Shown in pieces: positions 1 to 11,251 of a stretch of DNA of 64,000 bases. The DNA comes from Lama guanicoe (Eukaryota), in contig MU054338.1 of the NCBI GenBank assembly GCA_013239625.1, forward strand, positions 1,366,001 to 1,430,000, in the 5' to 3' direction. The stretch's first letter is position 1. Each line of letters opens with the position of its first letter. The notes under the pieces are model-generated. The model did not search any database. It saw only the letters and a program-made list of their open reading frames with translations, and was not told the origin of the DNA. Made by a program: the position numbers and the translations under genes.

Positions 1-532
1 GCGCGAGCCAGGGTCTCCCCGCCTGTGCCCAGCAAGGAGCCGGTGGCGACGGGCCCAGCCTGTGGCTCCTCTCCACCCCCGAACGAGCCATGGTGTGTGC
101 GCGGCACCACGGCCCCCCGTCCTCCCTGGCGCCAGCCCCCGAGGCTGCCCGGAGCCCAGGCTGCGTCAAGCCTGACAGGTGACCTCCACGGGGAGGAGGG
201 AGGGCCCGGGTCACGGCGCCGGCTCCCCTAGAAGCAAGAGGGATGCCGTCAAGCCAGAGAGCCTGGCACAGGCCGACTCACGCCTGAGTGCTCGGCCCAC
301 ACGACAGTCACACCTGCGTTGTTGGGTGAAAAGGAGCGAGGTGGCGGGTGCAAAGTGGACCCAAAGGGATATGCGGGCGTGGCCTCTCCCCCATTAGGGG
401 CCTGGAAGGGAACCTGCGAACAGCAGTGGTTAAACCCAGCAGTCCCGGAGGGCGTCGGCGACAGTGTGCGGCCCAGGTCTCGACCCCCAGCAGGTCCCTC
501 GGGACCTAGCCAGCTGGAAGGGCACTGCCTAC

Positions 533-1444
533 CTCCAACTGCGCCGCCGGCCACCCCGGAGGAGAAGCTGCCCATGGCGTGCGAGTTGGTCAGTCTGGTG
601 GCGGCGGACGAGACGTGCACCAGGCCGGCGGCGGGCACGGAGCTGAACAGAGACTGCAGCACGGACGAGCCCAGGTTGGCCTGCAGGGACATGGGGCCCA
701 GCGCGAACTGCGGGCTGGGGGCGAAGGCGCCCAGGAAGGGGCGGTGAGCCTGGGTGGCCGGGGCCGCGCTGCCCGCCGAGGATGCTGCCGAGGCGAGGCC
801 TGGGCTGCTGAGGAGGCCCCCGGGGGGCGCGGCGGCCGCGGCCATGAACAGGTTGTGGCCGTTCTTGACATCAGGCTCACGGTCACGAGCCTTGCCCGCC
901 TTGCTGTGGGCCAGTGATGCCTTGTCCGGGGGCCCGCATGAGGGCAGGCCCCCCTCACCCTTCGGGCCCAGTCCGTCCAGCTGCCTCTTGTTCACGAAAG
1001 GGCCAGTTTCCGAGGCACTGCCCTCCTTGCCCCGCGGGCCGGAAAAGCTCAGGGGGGCGCCCAGGCCGGCCGCCTCAGGGGCCTTGTGGGAGAGAGAAGC
1101 ACCATCACTGAAGCTGTGTAAACTGAGGTCGGCCGCCAGGCCCCCGCCCAGCGCGAAGCCACTGGCAGGATGGCTGCTGGGGCTCAGCCCGCCTGCCCCC
1201 GGCAGGGCGGCCGGAAAGCTCTTCCTGGGGTGGGCGGCCAGCTTGGAGTCGGCCGAGCCAGGCTCCTCCAGGCTGGGCCGGAAAGTGAACAGGGAGTTGT
1301 GGCTCAGAGCGGAGCTGGCCTGCAGCGGGCTGTCGGCCGCCTTGGCCAGGCCGAGGTCGGAGATGGGCGAGAAGGTGGACTTCCACTTGCTGCTATTGAC
1401 TGGCTCGCTGGCTGGTGGCGCCTTCCTTCCCGCCAGGCCGCCAC
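533..1444 (-). CDS. DOT1L: DOT1L exon 27 (912 nt), C-terminal low-complexity region GGLAGRKAPP...SGVAGGAVG
   Basis: Acceptor cccatcag|GTGG, donor GGAG|gtaggc; part of ORF 249..1571; phase matches exon 26. Confidence 0.93.
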
Positions 1445-1688
1445 CTGATGGGAAAGGAGGTGGCTGTGAGGCCGGGAGGAAGCTGAGGGGTCCAGAGAGA
1501 AGCTTCCCCTGTGAGAGAAAGCCCCTTGGGAGGACAGGGTGGACCCTGGACCGGTGAGGGAGGGCGGGCATATGAGTGGAGAACCAGACCCACCCGATTT
1601 ACCAGCACCCTGGGGCAGAACTGGAGGCCCCACCCCGGTCAGGTCCCGGTGAGCCTGGACTGAGGCGCCTGGCAGCACTGATACTCAC

Positions 1689-1753
1689 CGTTTTCCAAGG
1701 TTTTGGGAGGAGATTTGCTTTCTAAGGAGATTGTTGCAATTTTTCTCTCAATT
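1689..1753 (-). CDS. DOT1L: DOT1L exon 26 (65 nt) IERKIATISLESKSPPKTLEN
   Basis: Acceptor tcttgatag|, donor |gtgagt. Confidence 0.96.
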
Positions 1754-2358
1754 CTATCAAGAGAAAAAAGAAATGATGAGTGTCTGACAGGAGGAGGCCC
1801 GGGAGCTGGGGACCCAGCTGAGAGCTGGGCGGAGCAACAGGGAAGCCCTTCACAACACGCACAGATGAACACGAGTCCCAGACTGAACGGTCTGCGTGGT
1901 AAATGTTCTCTCAGGCTCTACAAAACCGGGTCGTCCGCAGGTGGCGGATACATGGCAGCTAGCACACAGCTCTTGCTCCCCAGGGAGCTGGTGTCAGCTG
2001 TTGCGCCAAATTACAGAACAACATGTGTTTCATGTGTCAGGATTTTCGTGGAACATCCCAAAGAATTACGACCTCCAGAGACGCAATTCCCGAAAGAATC
2101 CAGAACTTTCACCACAGCGGGACGGTAGGAGGGCGGGCTCGCGATATAATGGGGCCCCATCTCCCCCGGGTGGGCGACCCCCAGGCTGAAGGATCATGAA
2201 GTCGCAGAGGCCCTCCCACAGGAGGGACAGTTCTGAGCCCCACGTCAGGCTCCCCAGCCTGTTCGGGCGCTGGGAGGAGGAGGAGCCCCCAGGACACGTG
2301 GTTTTGAAGGCCAGCGGGGCTTGGCCCCGGGAGCCCCACGGGACTGGGGGAAACAGAG

Positions 2359-2412
2359 ACAAGATTCTGTGTGCGCTTCCCTCACTCTTGGGAAGCGCAC
2401 ACAGAATCTTGT
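2359..2412. repeat. Perfect inverted repeat, 23-bp arms and 8-nt loop
   Basis: acaagattctgtgtgcgcttccc-tcactctt-gggaagcgcacacagaatcttgt. Confidence 0.97.
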
Positions 2413-2589
2413 GAGCGCCAGGTCCAAGGGCAGACGCAGTGACTTCACAGGAACCTGGGCCAGGCCTGCCTGCTGGTTTTGGAAATTCTCCTGGGGACAC
2501 AGGGGACGGCTGCGGCTCACCCAGGGGACGTAAAAGCTGGTGGCGGACATTCCAGGAGTGTTCATCTACATGAGCTTTCCCGGAGGCTG

Positions 2590-3957
2590 ACATCTTGATT
2601 GGATCATTGGCACCAAGACCCAGCCCCACCCAACAGCCTGTGGGGAAGCCTCAGGCCAGACACCACACAGGGTGGGAGCACAGCCCCACCTGTCGGCAGA
2701 CCTCCCGAGCCACAAAGGCCCCTAGACAGGACCCTGCCCACCAGAGGTCCGGGACCAAGCCCCACCCAGCAGAGGGCAGGCGGCGGCTCCTCCTGCCGGG
2801 AACCTGCACAAGCCCCATCCACCAGGGGCGGGCACCAGAAACAAGAAAACAGCAATCCCAGAGCCTGTGGAAGGAGTCCACACACACAGGCCAGACTCCA
2901 CCCTGGGACCGGCTGGACCCTGGCTCTTGGGTGACAAGAGAGGACTGCACTGCTGGGACGCACAGGACGTCTCCCATAGAGGGCCACCTCTCCAAGGTCG
3001 AGAAATGCAACTCACCTGCCTACAACTACAAATAGAAAGACAGACAATATGAGGTGGCAGAGGAATATCTCCCAGGCCAAAGCACAAGATGAAATCCCAG
3101 AAGAAGAAATGTGATGAGGAGATAGGCAATTTATCAGAGAAAGAGTTTAGAGTAATGATGGCAAAGACGTTCAGAGAATTCAAGAGGAGTACAGATGCAC
3201 AGAGCGAAGTTTTCAGCAAAGAGTTGGAAAATATAAAAAACACACAGAGATGAAGAATAAAATCACTGAAATAAATAACACACTAGAAGGAACCAAAAAT
3301 AGACTAAATGAGGCAGAAGAACAGATCAGTGAGTTAGAACACAGATTAGTGGAAATCACTACTGCAGAACAGAAGAATGAATGAGAAGAAATGAGGACAG
3401 CTTAAGAGAACTCTGGGACAACATGAAGCTCACCCATATTCACATTATAGGGGTCCCAGAAAGAGGAAAGGGAGAGAAAGGACCTGAGAAAACTTTCGAA
3501 GAGGTAATAACCAAAAACTTCCCCGACTTGGGAAAGGAAACAGTCACCCACGTCCAGGAAGCGCAGAGAGCTCCACACAGGACCAACCCAGAGAGGAACC
3601 CGCCCAGGCACATGGTCATCAAACTGACAAAAATTGAGGAGGAGAAAATATTAAAATCAGCAAGAGGAAAGCAACAAATAACACACAAGGGAGTGCCCGT
3701 AAGGTTATCAGCTGATGTTTCAGGAGAACTCCCCAGGCCAGAAGGAAGCGGCACGATACATTTAAGTGATGAAAGGGGAAACTTACAGCAAGGCTCTTGT
3801 TCAGACTTGATGGAGAAATCAAAAGCTTCACAAACCAAAGCTAAAAGAATTCAGCACCACCAAGCCAGCTTTACAACAAATGTTAAAGGAACTTCTCTAG
3901 TCATTAAACCACAAGAAGAGAGAACAAAAAGAAGAGAGAGAGGAAAAAAAAAAAAAC
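2590..3957 (+). mobile_element. LINE-1 5' portion: probable 5'UTR remnant plus disrupted ORF1 (about 3049-3900)
   Basis: ORF1p-like peptide RNEDSLRELWDNMKLTHIHIIGVPE...EVITKNFPDLGKE...PRHMVIKLTK; frameshifts present; the 5'UTR boundary is uncertain. Confidence 0.85.
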
Positions 3958-4922
3958 CTACAAAAGATTGCTCTGGCAGTTTGGGGTGTTTCATGGTTCC
4001 ATACAAATTCTGGAATTGTTTGTTCTAGTTCTGTGAGGAACGTCGTGAGTACTTTGACGGGGCCGCGCTGGCTCTGCGGATTGCTTTGGGTGGTGTGGCC
4101 ACTTTGATAATGTTGATTTTTCCACTCCAAGAGCACAAGATATCTTCCCATTTCTTTGTATCATCTTCAGTTTCCTTCATCAGTGTCTGACAGTTTTCAG
4201 AGTACAGGTAACCTTCTTGCTTAAGTTTATTTCTGGGTATTTTGTTGTTTTTGATGCAATGGAGATGTTTATGCCAGTTACAAAATTCTGGCTTGTGAAG
4301 TAAAAAAAAAAGTGAATGAAGAGCCACAAATGGCAAAATATCCTTCTTTTTCATGGGTGAGTTGTGTTCCACTGCGTATATGTGCTACGTCTTCTTTATC
4401 CATGTATCTGTTGATGTGCACTTAGGATGCTTCCGTATCTTGCCAATTATAAATGATATTGCTGTTAATAGCGGGGTGTATGTATCTTTTTGAATTACTG
4501 TTTTTGTTTTTCTTGGATAAATGCCCAGGAGTGGAATTGCTGGGCCATATGGTGGTTCTATTTTCAGGTTTCTGAGAAACCTCCATGTTGTTTTCCATGG
4601 TGGCTGCACCAATTTACATTCCCACCAACAGTGTACAGGGGTTCCCTTTCCCCACACCCTCACCAACATTTGTTATTTGTGTTCTTTGTGATGATGGCCG
4701 TTCTGACAGGTGTGAGATGGTGTCTCACTGTGATTTTGATCTGCATTTCCCTGACATCAGTGATGTTGAGCAACTTTCCATGTTCCTGTTGGCCATCTGC
4801 ATTTCTTCTTTTGGAAAAGTGTCAGTTAAGTTCTTCTGCCCGTATTTTAAACGGGCTGTTTGTTTGCTTTTTAATTGAAGTACAGTTGATTTAAAATGTT
4901 GTATCAGTTTTTGGTGCGCAGC
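3958..4922 (-). mobile_element. LINE-1 ORF2 and 3' fragments, antisense to the flanking L1 pieces
   Basis: ORF2p-like peptides KKWEDILCSWSGKINIIKV and [40 protein letters not shown]. Confidence 0.88.
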
Positions 4923-5360
4923 ATGGATGGTCTCGGAGGGCACTGTGCTGAGTGAAGTAAGTCAGACCAAGAAGGACAAATACTGTAAGAGACCACTTAC
5001 ATGCGGAATCTAAGAAAATACAACAAACCAGTGAATATGACAGAAAAGAAGCAGACTCACAGATGCAGAGAAGGGACGAGCGGTTACCAGTGGGGGGAGG
5101 GGAGGGGCGGGGCAAGACGGAGGGGGAGGAGCAAGAGGTGGGGACTATCAGGGGTGAACAAGCTGCGAGGAAGCGCTGTACGGCGTGGGGGGCGGCGCCA
5201 GTGCTTTGTAAGGACTGTAAATGTGCAACCTGTAAAAACTGTGAAGCACTATATCACACACCTGTTAACATGTAACACTGTACGTCAGCTATTCTTCAAC
5301 TTAAAAAATACGATGCTACAAAATACATACATAAATGAAGTTTAAAGAAATGCAAAAAAG
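4923..5360 (+). mobile_element. LINE-1 3' end with A-rich tail
   Basis: atggatgg...gctgagtgaagtaagtcagac...ggaatctaa, typical L1 3'UTR, ends in A-rich sequence. Confidence 0.85.
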
Positions 5361-5364
5361 AAAC

Positions 5365-5960
5365 CCAGGAAATAACAAACGCTGGGAGGATGTGGAGAAG
5401 CTGCCCCTGGGGCTCCGCTGGCATAGGGGGCAGCTGCAGTGGGAAGCAGCCTGTGGCTCCTCGTGAAGGTCAACATAGACTCCCCGTGTAACGCAGCAGC
5501 CCCACTCCTAGGTACCGGGTGAATTCAAAACATATTTTCAAACAAACACGCATATGCAGATGTGCACAGCATCATGCTTCACAGTAGCTGACAGCTGTAG
5601 GCAGCCTAAGAGCCCGTGGACAGATGACGGGTGCACACACGTGGCCCGTCCACAGGGTGGACGGAAGGCTGTCCTGACACCTGCTGCACGTGGACGGGGC
5701 TGGAGGACACGCTGCTCGGGAGAGACCCAGGCCCAGAAGGACGAGCACGGCCTGAGCCCACGCACAGGCCGCCCCTGGAGGGGCCAGGGCCACGGAGACG
5801 GGGGGTGGGGGTGGGGCAGGGCTATTCCGAGCTGATGACACTGTTCTAAGGCCCAGTGGTGACATCTGCACAACCCCTCGAATACATCAAAACCCACTGG
5901 GTCAGGTGCTTTGAATGGGTGGTGCGCTCTGTGAGCCACATCTAACAAGGCTGCAAACCC
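5365..5960 (+). mobile_element. Old GC-shifted L1M 3' fragment
   Basis: Recognisable L1 3' motifs (aacaaacgctgggaggatgtggagaa, ccccactcctaggta, gtggtgacatctgcacaac). Confidence 0.7.
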
Positions 5961-6345
5961 CAACAATGAAGGAGGGCAAGGCCCCTCACCGAGAGACGGG
6001 CAGGGCGTGGGGCAGGGTGAGGGACTGCGCCGGCCCCAGCTCTCCTGCGCGGTCAGCTGCCCTCCCCTTCTACTGCCGCCCCGGGAGCTGTAGGCTCAAG
6101 GGTCAGGCCTGCCCTGGACACAGGCGGACACCACATCCCAGGAGGCAAGACGCTCTCAGACGCTCTGGGCCCTTCATGCTGTTTCTTACAAAGTAAAGGT
6201 GAATAATCCAGGAGGTGACCCGAGGAAGGTACGGTGGCCGGTGGGCCATGGTAAAGCCCCAAGGTACACGCCCACCACCCAGCAGCAGGTGGAAGCTGCC
6301 CGTCCCGTGGCCTGACCAGCAGGGCCCTCCCTCGGCCCCACTTGC

Positions 6346-6551
6346 CTGGCGCTGCCGGGCTCGTCCTCGGAGCCCTGCTCCTCGTCCGAGGTCAGTGGGG
6401 AGTAGTGGGCACCATTGGTCTGACTCAGGGGCTTCTCCTTCTTGAGCACCGGCGGCTGGTCATTGTCCTGGTAAGGGACTGGGGAGCTCTTCAGGGAGCT
6501 CTCGGGGGACGAGATGGCCGTAATCTCCAAAGGCTGGTTAATGTTGTTGAC
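6346..6551 (-). CDS. DOT1L: DOT1L exon 25 (206 nt) VNNINQPLEITAISSP...EDEPGSAR; GC donor
   Basis: Acceptor cccctcag|GTC; donor CAG|gcaagt is the only junction that keeps frame with exon 26. Confidence 0.94.
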
Positions 6552-6653
6552 CTGAGGGGTCGTCACACGCACAGCCTGTCAGCAGGCCCGGAGCACTGGC
6601 CAGTGCTCTCCGGGGCTCCCCTGCCCCCACCACCCACACAGCTCATGGCTCAC

Positions 6654-7228
6654 CATGGAGTTGAGGTTCAGGGGGGACCCCGAAGACTGGGTGAAGAGGC
6701 CAGCAACGGACGGCAGGGCCCGGCGCTTCGGGGACACGCCTGCACTCAGGCTGGGGGTCCCTGCCGAGGCCCGCTTCCTCCTGCCCCGCTTGCGGCTGTC
6801 CTGCCCGTGGCTCTGGCCGCCGTCCCCGCGGGTGCCTGAGGGCAGAGGGCTGTGCTTGCTGGAAGGCGACTGCTTGGAGCTGCTGGCACCAGCCGAGATG
6901 GTGAAGACGATCCTCCTCTTGGCTTCGCTCTCGGGGTCCGAGAAGCCAGCCTCGGAGGGGAGGTCCCCTTTGCTGTCGGGGAGTGGGCCCTGGGTGGGGC
7001 CGAGCCGGGGGCTGGTGCAGAGCTGGGGGGCAGGCGAGGCCGAGCCGCAGCTGCGGGGCTGCGCCAGCAAGGGGGGGTGCTGCGGGGTGGAGCTGCGGGA
7101 CCCCATGGCCGCAAATAGGCTTCCGGAGCTAGAAGACTCGTCCAAGGCAGGGGGCTCAACTCCAGGGGCGAGGGGCGGGCTGCCTGCCAGGGCCCCACTG
7201 ATGGCCACCGAGCCGGTGTATGCAAAGC
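6654..7228 (-). CDS. DOT1L: DOT1L exon 24 (575 nt) FAYTGSVAISG...SPLNLNSM
   Basis: Acceptor cccggcag|, donor ATG|gtgagc; within ORF 6579..7583. Confidence 0.95.
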
Positions 7229-7806
7229 CTGCCGGGAAGGATGCGGCTTTCTCAGGCGAGCCTGTCCAGGAGACCTGGGGCCGCTCAGGTCTGGGCGAGG
7301 ACAGGTGGGTGGGGGAACAAGGGACAGTCAGAGGCCGCAGGGCCTCCCTACAACGCTGCCCGCTGTGGGGCGACCCCCACGCCAGTGCAGCAGAGCGTGA
7401 AGAGCGCAGTCTCACGGCAAGTGAGCAGCCTTCCAGCACACACCCCCACCCCCACCCGACGGGCGCGGGCACTTTGGCTGCGGAGCTGGGCTGAGCGCAC
7501 CCCTGGCCCCGCCTGCAAGTCTCAGCCAGTGCTCTCTGAGGACCAGGACCCGGCTGGACCCAGTCTGACGAGGACACTGCCACCCAGGGGGCCGGCGTAG
7601 GCCCAGGCTGGACGTGGCCAGATGAGCGGGGCGGGGCGGGGTGGAGCAGCCTAGCGTCCCTGACCCCCAGGGCTCACCATGCGGCTCAGACCGCATGGCC
7701 GGAGGAGAGGGGCCAGCTGAACCCAACCTGGCGTCCCTAGGGGCCTGACCCTGGGACAGCTGGGCTGGCCTTGTGCGGGCCACCACAGGAGCAGGAGGGC
7801 ACTCAC

Positions 7807-7936
7807 CTGCAGGGGCCAGGGCGAGGCTTTTGCTCCCAGCAGTGCTGCCCCCGGTGCTGTGGGCGTTAGCAGTCATCTGCTTTTCCAGCGTGGACGAGGC
7901 CTCCCGGGCCTGCGGCACAGGGCTAGGGGTGCTTCT
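7807..7936 (-). CDS. DOT1L: DOT1L exon 23 (130 nt) RSTPSPVPQAREASSTLEKQ...LALAPA
   Basis: Acceptor ccccacag|, donor CAG|gtgagt. Confidence 0.94.
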
Positions 7937-8267
7937 CTGTGGGGAGAAATCGCACGCTGTCGGCTGGGCCAGGACTGCTGGTGGAGGACCGGGGCCCGGG
8001 GCAGGGAGCACAGGGTGGTGGCACGGTGGGCAGCCACCAGGACGTCCTGACACGGTGAGGGACAGGTGTCTGACCTCGGTTCTAAAGGGTTGCTCTGGCT
8101 AACGGGCCAACGTTGGGCCGGTGTGCACGTGCAGAGAGAGCAGTGAGGGCTGCAGTCACACCTGACCGGCCACTCCCTGCCCACCTGAAGCCACACGAAA
8201 ACAAGTGTCCATGCAAAACTTGCCCACTCTCGTCCACAGCAGTGTGCTCACGACCTTCACTGAAAAG

Positions 8268-8411
8268 TTTTGTTTTTTTTTGGTCTATTTTGGGGATGGG
8301 AATACGTATTTAGATTCATTTCTTTATTTTTCAAACAGAAGCACTGAGGGTTGAGCCCAGGACTGCATGCAAGCCAGGCACGTGCTCTGCCCCAGCGCTG
8401 TACCTTCTCCC
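8268..8411 (-). mobile_element. tRNA-derived SINE (camelid Vic-1-like)
   Basis: Reverse complement has A/B-box-like head and A-rich tail; candidate TSD tcactgaaa at 8257-8265 and 8419-8427. Confidence 0.75.
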
Positions 8412-8429
8412 CTAGCACTCACTGAAAGG

Positions 8430-8800
8430 TAGTGGGCACACAGACCGCATCCCTCAGCCATGACCAGGAGAGCAGCCCTGACACCCGCTCCCACGGGGCC
8501 GGACCCTGAGAGCACGGTGCTCAGCGAGAGAAGCAGACACAGAAGGACACACAGTGTGTGAGTCCATGGATGTGAGGCGTCCGGAACAGGCCAGTCCCCA
8601 GACACAAGGAGGGGCTCCTGGCTGTCAGGGGCTGGGGGAGGGGGTGAGGGCGACTGCTGACGGGGCTGGGGCTTCCTTTAGGGGTGGGGGAATGTTCTGG
8701 ACTTGGAGGTGGCTGCCTGACTGGTGAATGCACCAGAACCCACTGCCCAGCATACTTTAGGTGGCTGAGCTCTACGTGGGCGACGGCTCTGTAAACACAG
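8430..8800 (+). mobile_element. L1M 3'UTR relic carrying the shared GC-rich core
   Basis: Core 8468-8640 is about 92% identical to 37894-38066 by hand count. Confidence 0.8.
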
Positions 8801-9113
8801 AAAACAGCCTGCTCTGTACAAAAACTTCATCTCCAAGTCTACCCTGTGCAGCAAGGTGCCAAGTGTGGACGAGAAGAGGGAAGCTTCTACAGAATCTGGA
8901 AGTTTCATTCCCACTCCACCCACACACGTTACCTTTCACTAAAAGAGATCTAAGATACAAAAGGCGCAACGTCACTGTAACCGACTCCGGAAGCCGCACG
9001 TCCTTGCGTCGCCGGGCACTGCGGGATGCTCGAGACCTGACCGTGTGCTGTCTGACAAAAGGGACGAAGACACCCCCCCCGGGGACGCCAGGCCGGCCCT
9101 GGCCGGCACTCAC

Positions 9114-9260
9114 CGCCTTCTCGGCGCGGCTGGGCAGCACCACGCTGGCCAGGGGGATGCTGACGGGCAGTTTGCTAGGCTGCACCGTGCTGAGCGGGAT
9201 GCTGACGGGAAGGCTGGTGATGGCCTCCCCGCTGCTGCCGTGGGCACGTTCCTTCAGCCC
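9114..9260 (-). CDS. DOT1L: DOT1L exon 22 (147 nt), two LPVSIPL AF9/ENL-binding motifs
   Basis: Acceptor cggcag|GGG, donor GCG|gtgagt; GLKERAHGSSGEAITSLPVSIPLSTVQPSKLPVSIPLASVVLPSRAEKA. Confidence 0.96.
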
Positions 9261-9546
9261 CTGCCGACACACCAGATGGCCTGCTCCCACTGCCCAGGAG
9301 ACCCCGTGCCCCGAGGACTGCCTGAGGGACACGGCAGCCCTCCAACCATGGGCCAGGGCCCTGGCGTCCCAGAAGCATCCCCCCGCTGCGGGCCCCAGCA
9401 TCCATCCAGCCATCAGGCCCTCACGCGCTCGCCCTCCTGCTCAGGTTCCCACTGCCCTCTCCTTTCTGCCCCAGAGACCGGCCTCCGGGTGGGCGATGTC
9501 GCCTCACACCCGCCCTCCCTGCCCCCCCAACGGGCCCTGGCCTCAC

Positions 9547-9682
9547 CTTCTCACTGCCCTTCTCCCCGGCCATCTGTAAGGCCACGGGGGAGGGGGGCCG
9601 AGGGTCCTGGGGGCTCAGCTTGATGCCGTTGGCGAGGCCAGGGCTCTGGTACGGGAGGCCGTTCTCCCTGGCGTGCTCAGCC
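9547..9682 (-). CDS. DOT1L: DOT1L exon 21 (136 nt) AEHARENGLPYQSP...GEKGSEK
   Basis: Acceptor cgtttcag|, donor AAG|gtgagg. Confidence 0.95.
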
Positions 9683-9805
9683 CTGAAACGAGACACGGCC
9701 CCGTCAACTTCCTGGGGAAGCCCCTACGGCCGTGGTTTGGTGCTTCCAAACCTCTTCCCAACTGACAAGCTCCCACTTGGAAGACACCACGGGGCCCACA
9801 CTCAC

Positions 9806-10290
9806 CGCGGGTGCGGCTCGCCAGTGGCCACCTTGCCGCTGGCCGCATGGTCCTGGCTCAGGTGGCGTCTCAGCACCAGCTTGGCGGGGGAGAGCCGGGC
9901 GTAGTCGGGCAGCGCCAGGCCAGGCAGCTTCTCTAGCCTCGGCCGGCCGCCGTGGCCAGGGGCGCAGGGCACCACCTCCCGGTCCAGGGGGCATGCCAGG
10001 CACTGGGGGGCATCCTGCTTGGTCGAGGGCCGGCTAAGTGCACTGCACGGCTCGTAGCCGGCTGCGTGGCCATTCACGGAGAGCTCTGGGCTCACGCGGC
10101 TCAAGTGCGGCAGGGAGAGCTTGGCGCAGTCCAGCTCCAGGTGCAGCCGGCTGGGCTCGGCCTCCAGCTCCCGGCCCAGGGCGCCCTTCCCACGCAGCTG
10201 CCCGGACAGAGCATCGTCGGGCGGCACGCAGGACTTGAGCTGCAGGAGCTCCTGCTGCCGCTGGCTCTTCTCCAGCTCCACGATGCTGAT
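9806..10290 (-). CDS. DOT1L: DOT1L exon 20 (485 nt) ISIVELEKSQRQQELLQLKS...GEPHPR
   Basis: Acceptor ttcccccag|ATC, donor |gtgagt; within ORF 9802..10569. Confidence 0.96.
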
Positions 10291-11125
10291 CTGGGGGAAA
10301 GAGACGGCATCAGGCCCGCGGGGGGCCCAGCCCTGCCCAGCAACCCACCAGCAGGTCATCCCAGGAGAGCGAGAGGGACGCGGGCCAGCTCTCGGTGAGG
10401 GAGCCGACGGCCAGCCATGAACTTCAGACCTTGGGAACCCCACTGGCTGGGGTGGGGTGGGAAGTGTCTTCTCCGTCTGGCTTTTCCCTACAATGACCCC
10501 CCTTTCAATGACACAGGAAGGCCAGAACCCTTCTGCACGTGGGACCTGCTCTGGGGACGAGGGCAGCAAGCCTCCTTTCTACCCACCCAGTGGGTGGGCT
10601 CAGCGGGCCAAAGGCCCTGGCCAGGCCCCTCTGAAAGCAGCTGGGCCCCGTATCCCAGACCTAAGCCATTCCCACGTCTACTCTGGGGAGCGTTCTCAAG
10701 GAAATATCCTCGAAAGGGGCCTTCGGTGTAGACAAAGTCCCCACAGGGCCTCCTGTAGTGATAAGAACCCTGAGGGTCCAGAGACCAGGAGAGCTGAAAC
10801 CTGGAGCGGGGACACAGGATGCCAGGAGGCAGGCCAGCAGACAGCCGCCCTCCTTGCAGTCTTGCCGGGCGCTGAGATGGCAGCAGGAGACAGACCTCCA
10901 GGCCCTGCTGCGTCCTCCCTCCCGCAGCTTCTTCTCGCTGCCCTGGCCTCGGCGAACGCACAGCCCCAGCAGCACAAGGCACGGGCCCCTCCCGGGGGGC
11001 AGATGCAGCCCCCCGGTGGCAGTTCCGGGCTCAGGCACAGGGAATCCAGGTAGCCTGAGGTTCAGAACCACACCCGAGGCACCCCACCGCCCGAGCTGGG
11101 GCCCAGCCGCCCCCACTGGCCCCAC

Positions 11126-11251
11126 CTGCAGCTCCAGGCAGCGCCTCTGCTTCTCTGAGATCTGGCTCCTCAGGGCCTGCTTCTCCTTCAGCAGCTTCTC
11201 CAGGGACAACGTGGCCCAGTCCAGCTTCAGCTCCTCGCACCGAGCCTTGAG
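11126..11251 (-). CDS. DOT1L: DOT1L exon 19 (126 nt), coiled coil LKARCEELKLDW...CLELQ
   Basis: Acceptor ccccacag|, donor CAG|gtgggg. Confidence 0.96.

Noticed and set aside
3049..3900. L1 ORF1 as an active or domesticated gene
   Set aside because: Frameshifts, deletions and no intact ORF2; a dead retrotransposon.
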